A stretch of 64,000 nt of DNA from Anaeromyxobacteraceae bacterium (lineage in GTDB: Bacteria > Myxococcota > Myxococcia > Myxococcales > Anaeromyxobacteraceae): contig JASGHJ010000001.1 in NCBI GenBank assembly GCA_047602405.1, positions 1,056,001-1,120,000 on the forward strand, read 5' to 3'. Numbering within the stretch: the first letter of the stretch is position 1; the number at the start of each line of letters is the position of its first letter. Below, one piece after another: positions 31,497 to 41,499 of this stretch. The notes beneath the pieces were generated by a model. The model saw only the letters and a program-made list of their open reading frames with translations, did not search any database and had not been told where the DNA came from. The translations under genes were made by a program, and so were the position numbers.

Positions 31497-32905
31497 CCCC
31501 GGGCGGCGCCATCGGCGTCCTGGAGGCGCTCTTCCTCGCCTACTTCGCGGGGGTGAACCTGCTCTACCTCGCGCTCACGCTCATCGCGGCGCGGGTCATC
31601 GAGCGCGATCTCGGCGCGAGCGTGTCCTGGGACCGCAAGGACCTCTCCGCGCTCGTGCCGCCGGTGACGCTGCTCGTGCCCGCGTACAACGAGGGCGCCA
31701 CCATCGCCGAGTCGGTGCGCTCGATGCTCCAGCTCGAGTACCCGTCCTTCGAGATCCTGGTCATCAACGACGGCTCGAAGGACGACACGCTGGAGGTGCT
31801 GCGGCGCGAGTTCGAGCTCGTGCCGTTCCCCGAGGCCTACCGGGTCGCAATCCCGACGAAGCCGGTCCGCACCGTGTACCGGTCGCTCCGCCACCCGAGC
31901 CTGCGGGTCATCGACAAGGAGAACGGCGGGAAGGCCGACGCGCTCAACGCCGGCATCAACGCCGCCCGCTCGCCGCTCTTCTGCGCCGTGGACGCCGACT
32001 CGATCCTCCAGCGCGACAGCCTCTTCCGCGTGGTGCGGCCGTTCCTCGAGGACCCGCGGACCATCGCGAGCGGCGGCACGATCCGGGTCGCGAACGGCTG
32101 CCGCGTCTCGGAGGGCTTCATCGAGCAGATCGGCGTGCCGGGGGGCTGGCTCGCCCGCGTGCAGATCGTCGAGTACCTGCGCGCGTTCCTGTTCGGCCGG
32201 CTCGGCTGGTCGCCCTTCAACGCGGTGCTCATCGTGTCGGGCGCGTTCGGGCTCTTCCGGCGGAACGTGGTGCTCGAGGCGGGCGGGTACGCGCCGGACA
32301 CCGTGGGCGAGGACATGGAGCTCGTGGTCCGGCTCCACCGCCTGCACCGCGCCGCGGGCGCGCCGTACCGGATCGTCTTCGTGCCGGACCCGATCTGCTG
32401 GACCGAGGCGCCCGAGTCCGTCGCGGTCCTGCGCAAGCAGCGGATGCGCTGGCAGCGCGGGCTCCTCGAGAGCCTCTCGGCGAACCGCGGGCTCCTGTTC
32501 CACCGGCGGGGCGGGGCGGCGGGCTGGTTCGCGTTCCCCGCGCTGCTCCTCTTCGAGGGGCTCGGCCCGCTCGCCGAGGTGACGGGCTACCTCGCGCTCG
32601 CCGCCACGGTCGCCACGGGCCACCTCTCCGGCCAGGCGTTCCTCGCCTTCCTCGTCGCGGCGACCGGCCTCGGCGTCCTGCTCTCGGTGAGCGCGCTCCT
32701 CCTCGAGGAGGTGTCGTTCCACCTCTACAAGCGCCCCGCCCACCTCGCGGCGCTGCTCGCCGCGATCGTGGTCGAGAACGCCGGCTACCGGCAGCTCACC
32801 GCGATCTGGCGGCTCGCGGCGATGGTGGAGTGGGCGACCGGGCGGCGCCGCGCGTGGGGGGAGATGAAGCGCACCGCGTCGTGGGCGGCCCGCCCGGGGC
32901 CGTAG
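31493..32905 (+). CDS. Processive GT2 glycosyltransferase (PgaC/IcaA-like)
   Basis: VPAYNE, NDGSKD, GGKADALN, VDADS, GEDME, QRMRW; start uncertain (CTGA overlap). Confidence 0.9.
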   Translation: MTPGGAIGVLEALFLAYFAGVNLLYLALTLIAARVIERDLGASVSWDRKDLSALVPPVTLLVPAYNEGATIAESVRSMLQLEYPSFEILVINDGSKDDTLEVLRREFELVPFPEAYRVAIPTKPVRTVYRSLRHPSLRVIDKENGGKADALNAGINAARSPLFCAVDADSILQRDSLFRVVRPFLEDPRTIASGGTIRVANGCRVSEGFIEQIGVPGGWLARVQIVEYLRAFLFGRLGWSPFNAVLIVSGAFGLFRRNVVLEAGGYAPDTVGEDMELVVRLHRLHRAAGAPYRIVFVPDPICWTEAPESVAVLRKQRMRWQRGLLESLSANRGLLFHRRGGAAGWFAFPALLLFEGLGPLAEVTGYLALAATVATGHLSGQAFLAFLVAATGLGVLLSVSALLLEEVSFHLYKRPAHLAALLAAIVVENAGYRQLTAIWRLAAMVEWATGRRRAWGEMKRTASWAARPGP

Positions 32906-32961
32906 GGCCCGCGGCTGGCGCGCCGCGGGTGAGGGACTAAAGACCCCGGAGGTCCCGCCGC

Positions 32962-33348
32962 ATGCCGAACCTCGCCCGGCGCCTCGCACCGCCCGTGCTC
33001 GCCGCGCTCTGCGCGTGCGGGAGCGGCGTGGACATGCCGCAGGCCCCCGCGCCCACCCTCCCGGTGATCGCCGTCCAGCCCGCCGACGTGACCGCGCTCG
33101 AGGGCACCGAGGCCTCCTTCATGGGCGGCGCGACCGGCACGCCGCCCCTCGAGTTCCAGTGGGAGTTCAACCGGGACGGCAGCTGGTTCGACGTCCTCGA
33201 GGCGACGCGCCCCCGCTACACCATCGCGGAGGCGCGCCTGCTCGACGACGGGACGCTGTTCCGGCTGCGGGTGCGGAACGCCGCCGGGATCGTGACGAGC
33301 GAGGCCGCCCGGCTGACGGTGCTGCCCGCGCCTGCGCCCGGGCCGTGA
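32962..33348 (+). CDS. Ig-like domain lipoprotein
   Basis: LCAC lipobox; QPADVT...FQW...DDGTLFRLRVRNAAG immunoglobulin pattern. Confidence 0.75.
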   Translation: MPNLARRLAPPVLAALCACGSGVDMPQAPAPTLPVIAVQPADVTALEGTEASFMGGATGTPPLEFQWEFNRDGSWFDVLEATRPRYTIAEARLLDDGTLFRLRVRNAAGIVTSEAARLTVLPAPAPGP

Positions 33349-33466
33349 CCGCGCGTTTCACCTCCCTCGACGCGTTCGTTGATCGGACCCCCCCCGGCTG
33401 CTAAAAAGTCCTCATTCCGCGGGAGTCGCGCCCCCGAGCGCCGGCCCCGCAGGTACCCGAGGACCC

Positions 33467-36307
33467 GTGGACTACAAAGAGACCGTGAACCTCCCGCAGA
33501 CGGGGTTCGCCATGAAGGCGAACCTCCCGCAGCGGGAGCCCGAGATCCTGCGCGGCTGGGAGGAGTCGGCGATCTTCCAGCGCGTCGTCGCCCAGAACGC
33601 GGCCCGCCCCGGCGCGAAGCGGTACGTGCTGCACGACGGCCCGCCGTACGCGAACGGCGACATCCACATCGGCCACGCGCTCAACAAGATCCTGAAGGAC
33701 ATCGTCGTCCGCTACCGCAACCAGAAGGGCGAGGCGGCGGACTACGTGCCCGGCTGGGACTGCCACGGCCTGCCGATCGAGCTCAAGGTCGACAAGGAGC
33801 TCGGCCCGAAGAAGCGCGACATGGACCGGCCGGCGATCATCGAGGCCTGCCGCAAGTACGCGCAGAAGTGGATCGACAAGCAGCGCGAGTCGTTCAAGCG
33901 GCTCGGCGTGTCCGGCCGCTGGGCGACGCCGTACCTGACGATGTCGCGCGGCTACGAGGCCGCGATCGTGCGCGCGCTCGCGAAGGCGGCCGCGAAGGGC
34001 TTCCTCTACCGGGGCAAGAAGCCGGTCTACTGGTGCGTCACCGACCGCACGGCGCTCGCCGAGGCCGAGGTCGAGTACGAGGACCACACCTCGCCGTCGA
34101 TCCACGTGGCGTTCGACCTCGTGGACCCGCTGCCGGACGCGAAGCTCGCCGGCCGCAGCGCCCGCCTCGTCATCTGGACCACCACCCCCTGGACGCTGCC
34201 CGCGAACCTCGCGGTCGCGGCGCACCCGGACTTCACCTACGTCGCGTACGACCTGAAGGGCACGGTCGTCGTCGTCGCGAAGGACCTCCTCGCGTCGTTC
34301 CTCGAGGCCTGCGCGCCGGACGAGCTCGCCGTGAAGTCGGTGCCGGTGCCGCACTCGCCGGAGGCGCACGCCGCCTCCACGGGCGGCGGCGCGGTCTCGG
34401 CCGAGCACCTCGTCGACCCGAAGCGCATCCTCGCCTACCTCGAGGGCAAGGACCTCGAGGGCCTGAAGTACCGCCACCCGTTCATGGACCGCACCTCGCC
34501 GGTGATCCTCGGCGACCACGTCACGCTGGAGGCCGGCACCGGCCTCGTGCACACGGCGCCGGGCCACGGCGCCGAGGACTACGTGGTGGGCCTGAAGTAC
34601 GGGCTCGAGATCCTGAACCCGGTCGACGGCGCCGGCCGCTTCACGCCGGAGGCCGGCAAGTACGCCGGGAAGAAGATCTTCGAGGCGAACCCGGAGATCG
34701 TGGCCGACCTCCACGCGTCGGGGCACCTGCTCTCCGACCCGAAGGCCTCGCTCTCGCACAGCTACCCGCACTGCTGGCGGTGCCACAACCCGGTGGTCTT
34801 CCGCGCGACCGACCAGTGGTTCGTGTCGCTCGAGCACGACGACCTCAGGAAGAGGTCGCTCGCCGAGATCCGCAAGGTCTCCTGGGTCCCGCGCTGGGGC
34901 GAGGAGCGCATCCACGGGATGATCGAGAACCGCCCGGACTGGTGCATCTCGCGGCAGCGCACCTGGGGTGTGCCGATCCCGGTCTTCTACTGCGAGGGGT
35001 GCGACGAGGCGCTCGTGTCGCCGACCGCGATGGAGCGCGTCGCGGCCGCGTTCGAGGAGGAGGGCATCGAGGCGTGGTACCGCCACGCCCCGGCCGACTT
35101 CACGAAGGGTGAGAAGTGCGGGAAGTGCGGCAAGGAGGCGTTCCGCCGCGAGCAGGACATCCTCGACGTGTGGTGGGACTCCGGCGTGTCGTGGTTCGCC
35201 GTCGCCGAGCGCGAGGGCATGGGCGTGCCGGTGGACCTCTACCTCGAGGGCTCCGACCAGCACCGCGGCTGGTTCCACTCCGCGCTGCTGACCGCCGTGG
35301 GGATCCACGGCGGCGCCCCCTACAAGACGGTGCTCACCCACGGCTTCGTGCTCGACGAGAACGGCCGGCCGATGTCGAAGAGCGCCGGCAACGGGACGAC
35401 GCCCGAGGAGATCATCAACAAGTACGGCGCGGACGTGCTGCGCCTGTGGGTGTCCGCGTCCGACTACCGCGACGACGTGGCGCTCTCGCCGCAGATCCTC
35501 GCCGGCCTCGCCGAGGGCTACCGGAAGATCCGCAACACCATCCGCTACGCGCTCGGCAACCTGCACGGCTTCGACCCCGCGAAGGACGCCGTCAAGGTCG
35601 AGGAGATGGAGCCCATCGACCGGTGGGCCCTCGCGCGCCTCGCCGCGTGGGACGAGAAGGTGAAGCAGGCCTACGAGGAGTACGAGTTCCACGTCGCGTA
35701 CCACGCGACCACGCAGCTCTGCTCGGTGGACCTCTCGGCCGTGTACTTCGACGTCCTGAAGGACCGGCTCTACACCTGGAGGAAGGACGGCAAGGCCCGC
35801 CGCTCCGCGCAGACCGCGCTCTGGATCATCGCGCAGGATCTCCTCAGGCTGCTCGCGCCGGTGCTCTCCTTCACGGCCTCCGAGGCCTGGGAGTTCCTGC
35901 CCGGCAAGACCGCCGAGTCGGTGTTCCTGGCGGGGCTCCCCGATCGGAAGGCCCCGGCCGACGCCGAGGCGCTCGAGGCCCGCTACGGGCGGCTCCTCGA
36001 GGTGCGCGCGCTCGTCCAGGGCAAGCTCGAGGAGGCCCGGCGCGCGAAGCTCATCGGGTCCGGCCTCGAGGCCATGGTGACGGTGAAGGCGGACGGCGAG
36101 ACGAAGCAGCTGCTCGCGGCCAACCTCGCGGAGCTCCCCGGGATCTTCATCGTCTCGAAGGTGGTGCTCGCCGACGGCCCGCTCGGGGCCGAGGTCGCCC
36201 GCGCCCCGGGCCAGAAGTGCGACCGCTGCTGGATGTTCACCGAGGACGTCGGGAAGGCGCCGGCGCATCCGACGGTTTGTGGGAAGTGCGCGGAGGCCCT
36301 GACGTGA
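33467..36307 (+). CDS. ileS: Isoleucine--tRNA ligase (type 1)
   Basis: HDGPPYANG.IHIGH, WTTTPWT, DWCISRQR, EGSDQHRGWF, MSKS, C-terminal Zn finger. Confidence 0.98.
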   Translation: MDYKETVNLPQTGFAMKANLPQREPEILRGWEESAIFQRVVAQNAARPGAKRYVLHDGPPYANGDIHIGHALNKILKDIVVRYRNQKGEAADYVPGWDCHGLPIELKVDKELGPKKRDMDRPAIIEACRKYAQKWIDKQRESFKRLGVSGRWATPYLTMSRGYEAAIVRALAKAAAKGFLYRGKKPVYWCVTDRTALAEAEVEYEDHTSPSIHVAFDLVDPLPDAKLAGRSARLVIWTTTPWTLPANLAVAAHPDFTYVAYDLKGTVVVVAKDLLASFLEACAPDELAVKSVPVPHSPEAHAASTGGGAVSAEHLVDPKRILAYLEGKDLEGLKYRHPFMDRTSPVILGDHVTLEAGTGLVHTAPGHGAEDYVVGLKYGLEILNPVDGAGRFTPEAGKYAGKKIFEANPEIVADLHASGHLLSDPKASLSHSYPHCWRCHNPVVFRATDQWFVSLEHDDLRKRSLAEIRKVSWVPRWGEERIHGMIENRPDWCISRQRTWGVPIPVFYCEGCDEALVSPTAMERVAAAFEEEGIEAWYRHAPADFTKGEKCGKCGKEAFRREQDILDVWWDSGVSWFAVAEREGMGVPVDLYLEGSDQHRGWFHSALLTAVGIHGGAPYKTVLTHGFVLDENGRPMSKSAGNGTTPEEIINKYGADVLRLWVSASDYRDDVALSPQILAGLAEGYRKIRNTIRYALGNLHGFDPAKDAVKVEEMEPIDRWALARLAAWDEKVKQAYEEYEFHVAYHATTQLCSVDLSAVYFDVLKDRLYTWRKDGKARRSAQTALWIIAQDLLRLLAPVLSFTASEAWEFLPGKTAESVFLAGLPDRKAPADAEALEARYGRLLEVRALVQGKLEEARRAKLIGSGLEAMVTVKADGETKQLLAANLAELPGIFIVSKVVLADGPLGAEVARAPGQKCDRCWMFTEDVGKAPAHPTVCGKCAEALT

Positions 36308-36891
36308 GGCTCGGGAAGTGGCAGCTGCTCGCGGTGTGCTTCGTCGTGCTGGTCGCGCTCGACCAGTGGACGAAGTACCTCGCCGTCGAGCACCTCACGT
36401 CGGTCTTCGGCCGCGTCGGCGCGGAGACCACCTTCGAGAAGGTCGGGATCTTCTACCGGGCGCGCCACCTCGAGGGGCTCGCCACGGCGCCGTACATCGT
36501 CCACCCGGCGTGGTGGCGGATGAGCTACGCCGAGAACCCCGGCGCCGCCTTCTCGATGTTCAGGAACCTCTCGCCCGACACGCGGAACTGGTTCTTCACC
36601 GCGGTCATCGTCGCGGCGGTGATCTTCATCATCACCACCTACCGGAAGGCGCGGGAGGACCAGCGGCTCCTGCAGCTCGCGCTCGCGGGCGTGCTCTCCG
36701 GCGCGGTCGGCAACTTCATCGACCGCCTCGCGCGCCACTACGTCATCGACTTCATCGAGTGGCACTGGTGGAACCGGCCGGACATCGCCTGGCCGACCTT
36801 CAACGTCGCCGACTCGCTCATCGTCGTCGGCGTCGCGCTCCTGATCCTGCACCCCGGCCCCGCGAAGGAGCGGGCGCCCGCGTCCGCCTGA
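36304..36891 (+). CDS. lspA: Lipoprotein signal peptidase II
   Basis: DQWTK, NPGAAFS, GNFIDR, VIDFI, FNVAD. Confidence 0.95.
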   Translation: MRLGKWQLLAVCFVVLVALDQWTKYLAVEHLTSVFGRVGAETTFEKVGIFYRARHLEGLATAPYIVHPAWWRMSYAENPGAAFSMFRNLSPDTRNWFFTAVIVAAVIFIITTYRKAREDQRLLQLALAGVLSGAVGNFIDRLARHYVIDFIEWHWWNRPDIAWPTFNVADSLIVVGVALLILHPGPAKERAPASA

Positions 36892-36899
36892 AAGGCTCC

Positions 36900-37973
36900 A
36901 TGCTGCCCGTCATCTTCACGATCGTGATCCCCGCCGGCTTCGGGAAGCCGGTCGCCCTGGGCCTGTTCGTCCTCTTCGTCGTCGGCCGGGCCATCGCCTA
37001 CGTGCGCCGCGCGAAGGCCGAGGGGCACCCGGTCTCCTTCGTCCAGGCGCTCAAGGACGACGCGTTCCTGGTGGTGATCCTCGCGGCGGTGGTGGGCGTG
37101 CTCTGGTCGCGCGGCCTCCTGGACGGGCGCCGCGAGCTGCCGCTCCACACCTACGGCCTCCTCATCGCGTCCGCGTTCCTGGTGGGCATCTGGCTCTCGC
37201 AGCGCGAGGGCGCGCGGCGCGGGCAGGACCCCGAGAAAATCGCCGACCTCTCCTTCTGGATCCTCGTCGCGGCGCTGGTGGGCAGCCGCGTCTACTACAT
37301 CCTGCTGCACCTCGACGACTACTTCGGCCCCGGCCGCTTCATGGCCGAGACCGCGGTGGGCTCGATCCCGCGCATCCTCGCGGTGTGGGAGGGCGGGCTC
37401 GTGTTCTACGGCGGCTTCATCGGCGCCGTGCTCGCGGCCATCCTCTACATGCGCGCGAACCGGATGAACTTCCTCGCGCACGCCGACACGATGATCCCGC
37501 AGGTCGCGCTCGGCCACTTCCTCGGCCGGCTCGGCTGCTTCGCCGCGGGCTGCTGCTGGGGCGGCCGCATGACCGGCGAGCACGCCTGGGGCGCGAAGTT
37601 CGGCACCGAGTCGCTCGCCTACCAGACCCTCGTCATCGAGAAGCCGGAGCTCATCGCGCCGGACCACCTCCACACCGTCGCGCTGCACCCCACGCAGCTC
37701 TACGAGGCGTTCGGCGAGCTCGGGCTGTTCTTCGTGCTCGTGCTGCTCGTCCGCCCCCGCAAGCAGTTCCACGGGCAGGTGCTCGCGGCGTGGCTGATGA
37801 TGTACGGCATCCAGCGGAGCATCACCGAGCTCTTCCGCGGCGACCTCGACCGCGGCTACCTCGCCGGCATCAACTCGGCGCAGTGGACCTCGGTGTTCAT
37901 CTTCGCGGCCGGCCTCGCGGTGTGGGCGATCGGGCGCCGGGCGCGCGCCGCGCTCGCTCCGGCCCCCGCGTAG
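36900..37973 (+). CDS. lgt: Prolipoprotein diacylglyceryl transferase
   Basis: YGLL, WEGGLVFYGG, GRLGCF, HPTQLYE. Confidence 0.95.
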   Translation: MLPVIFTIVIPAGFGKPVALGLFVLFVVGRAIAYVRRAKAEGHPVSFVQALKDDAFLVVILAAVVGVLWSRGLLDGRRELPLHTYGLLIASAFLVGIWLSQREGARRGQDPEKIADLSFWILVAALVGSRVYYILLHLDDYFGPGRFMAETAVGSIPRILAVWEGGLVFYGGFIGAVLAAILYMRANRMNFLAHADTMIPQVALGHFLGRLGCFAAGCCWGGRMTGEHAWGAKFGTESLAYQTLVIEKPELIAPDHLHTVALHPTQLYEAFGELGLFFVLVLLVRPRKQFHGQVLAAWLMMYGIQRSITELFRGDLDRGYLAGINSAQWTSVFIFAAGLAVWAIGRRARAALAPAPA

Positions 37974-37988
37974 CAGTGCTTTCAGGGT

Positions 37989-38036
37989 CCGGACGCCCCG
38001 AGCGTAGCCGCCGCTCCGCGGCGGCGGAGACGAGGG
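37989..38036 (-). repeat. REP-like palindromic repeat, intact copy
   Basis: Reverse strand CCCTCGTCTCC-GCCGCCGC-GGA-GCGGCGGC-TACGCTCGGGGCGTCCGG; same flanks as 401-446, different stem. Confidence 0.8.
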
Positions 38037-38084
38037 GTCGACGGCCCGTTTGCCCGTGGCCGGGCCGCGCCGTAGACTCCGCCC

Positions 38085-38885
38085 GTGGCCGTTCCCCCGC
38101 GCATCCCCGGCAAGCCGGGCCTGCCCCGCCCCGGCGCGGCGCCGCCGCAGGAGTCGGAGGCGGACGCCCTCGCGCGCGCGAAGCGCGAGAAGGAGCAGCT
38201 CAGCCTCGAGGTGAAGGAGATCGAGGAGGAGCTCGAGCGGGTGAAGGCGCGGTACGACCAGTACTTCCTGGGCTACGAGCGCCGCGAGCCGAAGCGCGAG
38301 CAGGGCGAGATCCGCAAGCGCGTCATGATCGTGAAGGACGCCTTCACCCGCAACGCCGCGCTCAAGTTCCGTATCCAGTCGCTGCACGCGCGGTACCTCG
38401 CGTACGAGCGGCTCTGGGTGCGCAGCGCGCGCGAGAAGGAGGAGGGCACCTACCGGCGCGACCTCTTCAAGGCGCGCCTCAGGTCGAAGGACGCGCCCGC
38501 CGAGCAGCGCCCGCCCACGCCGGCCGGCGGGACGCCCGCCCAGGCCGCGCCGTCCCCCGCCAGCGCCGCGCCTCTCGTCGCCGCCGCACCCCCGAAGCCG
38601 GCCCCGGTGGCCGCGGCCGCCACCCCGAAGCCCGCCGCGTCCCCGGTCCCCGCCGCTCCGCGCCCGGCCGGCGTGGATCCCAAGGTGAAGCAGCTCTTCG
38701 ACCAGTACGTCGCCGCGAAGAGGCAGTGCGGCGAGGACGTCTCGAAGATCAGCCTCGACGCCGTCGCGCGCACCGTGGCGAAGCAGACGCCCGAGCTCAT
38801 GGCGCGCTTCAAGGCGAAGGCCGTCGACTTCAGGGTCGAGGTGAAGGACGGCCGCGCCGTGCTGAAGGCGATCCCGAAGGTGTAG
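38085..38885 (+). CDS. Myxobacterial MXAN_5187 C-terminal-domain-like protein
   Basis: YDQYFLG.ERREP N-terminal domain, Pro/Ala linker, C-terminal VDFRVEVKDGRAVLKA. Confidence 0.75.
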   Translation: MAVPPRIPGKPGLPRPGAAPPQESEADALARAKREKEQLSLEVKEIEEELERVKARYDQYFLGYERREPKREQGEIRKRVMIVKDAFTRNAALKFRIQSLHARYLAYERLWVRSAREKEEGTYRRDLFKARLRSKDAPAEQRPPTPAGGTPAQAAPSPASAAPLVAAAPPKPAPVAAAATPKPAASPVPAAPRPAGVDPKVKQLFDQYVAAKRQCGEDVSKISLDAVARTVAKQTPELMARFKAKAVDFRVEVKDGRAVLKAIPKV

Positions 38886-38990
38886 CGGCAACCCTCCCCT
38901 CGGGCGCTGTCCCGCACTCGCGGTGCTCCCCAGGTTTTCCCCGTCCGGGCCGTCGCGCCCGCACGGGGAGGAACCCTGGAGAGGATCGTC

Positions 38991-39344
38991 ATGCTCGCCG
39001 CCCTCGCGGCGCTCGCCACCGCCTGCGGCGCGTCCGACCGGACGGTGCGCCTCGCCCGGCTCGACGCCGAGCGCGCCGCGCTCGACCGCACGTTCGACGC
39101 GCTCGAGGAGCGCATGCTCGCGACGCAGGCCCGCGTGCACTTCTGGCAGGAGATGAAGGAACGCCACGCCGGCGTGACCGCGCTCGCCTGTCAGAACCAG
39201 GACGCGCACGCGCGCGGGATGGCGCTCCACGCGCTGCCGCCGGAGCCCGCCCGCCCCCGCAGCCTCGCCGGCCGCCGGCTCGCCTCCGCCGCCGGCCCCG
39301 CGAAGCGACCCGCGCCTCCCCGCCCGGCCCCGGCGACGCCCTGA
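38991..39344 (+). CDS. Hypothetical coiled-coil lipoprotein
   Basis: LATAC lipobox, helical core. Confidence 0.6.
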   Translation: MLAALAALATACGASDRTVRLARLDAERAALDRTFDALEERMLATQARVHFWQEMKERHAGVTALACQNQDAHARGMALHALPPEPARPRSLAGRRLASAAGPAKRPAPPRPAPATP

Positions 39345-39356
39345 GCCGACGGAGGC

Positions 39357-40235
39357 CTACGCGTCCGGGGTGAACACCGGTCGCAGGTGCTCCACGAGGA
39401 GGTCCACCAGCGGGCGGATCGCCCGCGAGCGGCGCAGGTCGCGGTGGTAGACCACCCAGAGCTCGCGCTCGAGCGGCCTCACCGCCGGCAGCACGCGGAC
39501 GAGGTCGGGGTGGCGCGCCGCGACGGCGCACGGCAGCGCCCCCAGGCCGCCCCCGGCGCGGATCGCCTCCAGGAGCGCGAGCAGGCTGTTCGTCTCGAGG
39601 AGCGGGCGGACGCCGGGGGCCACCCGGGCGAGCCAGCGCTGCTGCGGCGTCCGCGCAAAGCCGGCGTCGAGCACGCAGAGCGGATGACCGGCGAGCTCCG
39701 CGGGGCTCCGGGGCGGCGGGTGCGCGCCGAGGTGGGCGCGCGAGGCGTAGAGCCCGTACGCGACGGCCCCGATCCGCCGCCCGGCGAGCGACTTCCCGGC
39801 CGGCCGCCCCACCCGCAGCGCGACGTCCGCCTCGCGCAGCCCGAGGTCGAGCGCGCGGTTCTCGATGCGCAGGCGCAGGCGCAGCTCCGGCCGCGAGCGC
39901 GCGAGCTCCACGAGGACGGGCGTGAGGAGCGGCACGCCCCACTCGGCGGAGGTCAACGTGAGCGCGCCCGCCGCCGACTGGCCGAGCCGCTCCCGCTCGA
40001 AGGCGAGCTGCACGCCCTCGAGCCGCTCCGCGGCCGCGACGACCTCGGCCCCGTCGGGCGTCGGCTCGAGGCCGCGGGGACCCCGCACGAACATACGGGT
40101 GCCGAGGCGGCCCTCGGCGGCCTCGAGGCGCCGGCCGACGGTGGCGGGGTCCAAGCCCAGGGTGACGGCCGCGCCCTTCAGCGAGCGGGCGCGGGCCACG
40201 TGCAGCGCGTCGCGGTAGTCCTGCGGCTCGAGCAT
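39357..40235 (-). CDS. LysR-family transcriptional regulator
   Basis: N-terminal HTH (SLKGAAVTLGLDPATVGRRL...LGTRMF), READVALR. Confidence 0.92.
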   Translation of the reverse strand: MLEPQDYRDALHVARARSLKGAAVTLGLDPATVGRRLEAAEGRLGTRMFVRGPRGLEPTPDGAEVVAAAERLEGVQLAFERERLGQSAAGALTLTSAEWGVPLLTPVLVELARSRPELRLRLRIENRALDLGLREADVALRVGRPAGKSLAGRRIGAVAYGLYASRAHLGAHPPPRSPAELAGHPLCVLDAGFARTPQQRWLARVAPGVRPLLETNSLLALLEAIRAGGGLGALPCAVAARHPDLVRVLPAVRPLERELWVVYHRDLRRSRAIRPLVDLLVEHLRPVFTPDA

Positions 40236-40364
40236 GGCTGCATCCTCGCATGTCTCGAATGCGTTCTCGCCGTCGCGCAGCGCCGCGGGTCGCGGCAGGA
40301 AGGGGCCTCGAGCACGTGGCGGTCCGCCCATCCCGGGCGCCCGCGGCCACGGAGGAGGTGCAGC

Positions 40365-40784
40365 ATGACGGGTGGCAGAGCAGGGCACGACGGCAGCGCG
40401 GACGCGGTGCGCAGGTTCTTCTCGGCGTTCGGGCGCGGCGACGTGGACGGCCTCGTGGCGGCGTTCCATCCGGAGGCGCTCGTCGCCGCGGTCCGGGAGG
40501 GGCCGCGGGACGGGGGCATCCACGGGGCCTACCGCGGGCACGCCGGCGTCCGCGAGTTCGTGGGCGCGCTCGGGGCGGCGCTCGAGACCGAGGCCTTCGA
40601 GGTGGACGGCGTGGTGGGCGAGGGGGACGTCGCCTTCGCGAGCGGGCGATTCCGGCACCGGGTCCGGTCGACCGGTCGGCCCTTCGAGAGCGCCTGGGCC
40701 CTCCGCTGCCGGGTCCGCGACGGCCTGATCCAGGAGTTCCGGTTCTACGAGGACTCCGCCGCCTACGAGGCCGCTCGCCGCTGA
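40365..40784 (+). CDS. SnoaL/NTF2-like protein
   Basis: AFGRGDVDGL...YRGHAGV...VRDGLI...YEDSA; RBS GGAGG; divergent from LysR. Confidence 0.85.
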   Translation: MTGGRAGHDGSADAVRRFFSAFGRGDVDGLVAAFHPEALVAAVREGPRDGGIHGAYRGHAGVREFVGALGAALETEAFEVDGVVGEGDVAFASGRFRHRVRSTGRPFESAWALRCRVRDGLIQEFRFYEDSAAYEAARR

Positions 40785-40867
40785 CGCCCGGTGCGGCTCA
40801 CTCGACCGTTGCCTTTCGGCCCGGTCGATCGTAGAACCGTCGCCCCGCGGCCCGCCGTGGGGGTAAC

Positions 40868-40940
40868 GCCTGGATAGCTCAGCTGGTAGAGCAGGGGATT
40901 GAAAATCCCCGTGTCCCTGGTTCGATTCCGGGTCCAGGCA
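40868..40940 (+). tRNA. tRNA-Phe(GAA), CCA not encoded
   Basis: GCCTGGA...TCCAGGC-A acceptor stem, anticodon GAA at 40901-40903, T-loop GGTTCGATTCC. Confidence 0.96.
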
Positions 40941-40962
40941 CTCCATCTCGTCCGACATCGAA

Positions 40963-41003
40963 GGGGCCCCGGGACTGCAAAGTCCTCGGGGCCTCAGTGT
41001 TTT
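40963..41003 (+). terminator. Probable intrinsic terminator after tRNA-Phe
   Basis: GGGGCCCCGGGAC-loop-GTCCTCGGGGCCTC followed by AGTGTTTT. Confidence 0.55.
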
Positions 41004-41022
41004 CGGTGCGGAGGGGACCTCA

Positions 41023-41385
41023 TTGAAGAAGCACAGGTTCGGCATCGCGGTGGCGCTCGGGCTCGGGACCCTGGCGGTCGTCCAACTCTTCGTGCAACAG
41101 CGGCGGTACACCATCGCTGTGCACGTGATGTCCGAGCTGGTCGAGGAGATCCGGAACGGACGGGCCAAGGACGTTCGGCACCTCGAGGACGGCGACGTGC
41201 GGGAGCGGAATTGGATGCAGTCGCCGTTCACGGTCCACTGCGATCTCGTGCCTCCGTTCTCGTGGACTCGCTTCGCGTGTGTCGCCCGGTTCGACGACGG
41301 CGGTTCGGCTGCCGCCGACGTGGACACGAAGACGGGCCGGATCCTTGGCGCGCGCGTCCTTCCGCCCAGGCGCGCGGGGGACTGA
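41023..41385 (+). CDS. Hypothetical membrane-anchored protein
   Basis: TTG start after GGAGG; N-terminal TM segment. Confidence 0.55.
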   Translation: MKKHRFGIAVALGLGTLAVVQLFVQQRRYTIAVHVMSELVEEIRNGRAKDVRHLEDGDVRERNWMQSPFTVHCDLVPPFSWTRFACVARFDDGGSAAADVDTKTGRILGARVLPPRRAGD

Positions 41386-41432
41386 CGCGGCCAAGATGCT
41401 GAAATCAACAGTAACCATCCTCAACGAACCAG

Positions 41433-41482
41433 GTTGCGTTTGGGTCGTCTGGAGTTGCGTCTGGGTCGTTTGGTGCTAGGCT
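41433..41482 (+). promoter_or_regulatory. Direct-repeat operator and promoter of the HTH-PIN operon
   Basis: Two 21-bp units containing four CGTYTGG cores; TTGCGT and extended TGcTAGGCT -10. Confidence 0.65.
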
Positions 41483-41499
41483 CAACACCGGAGGTTCCA

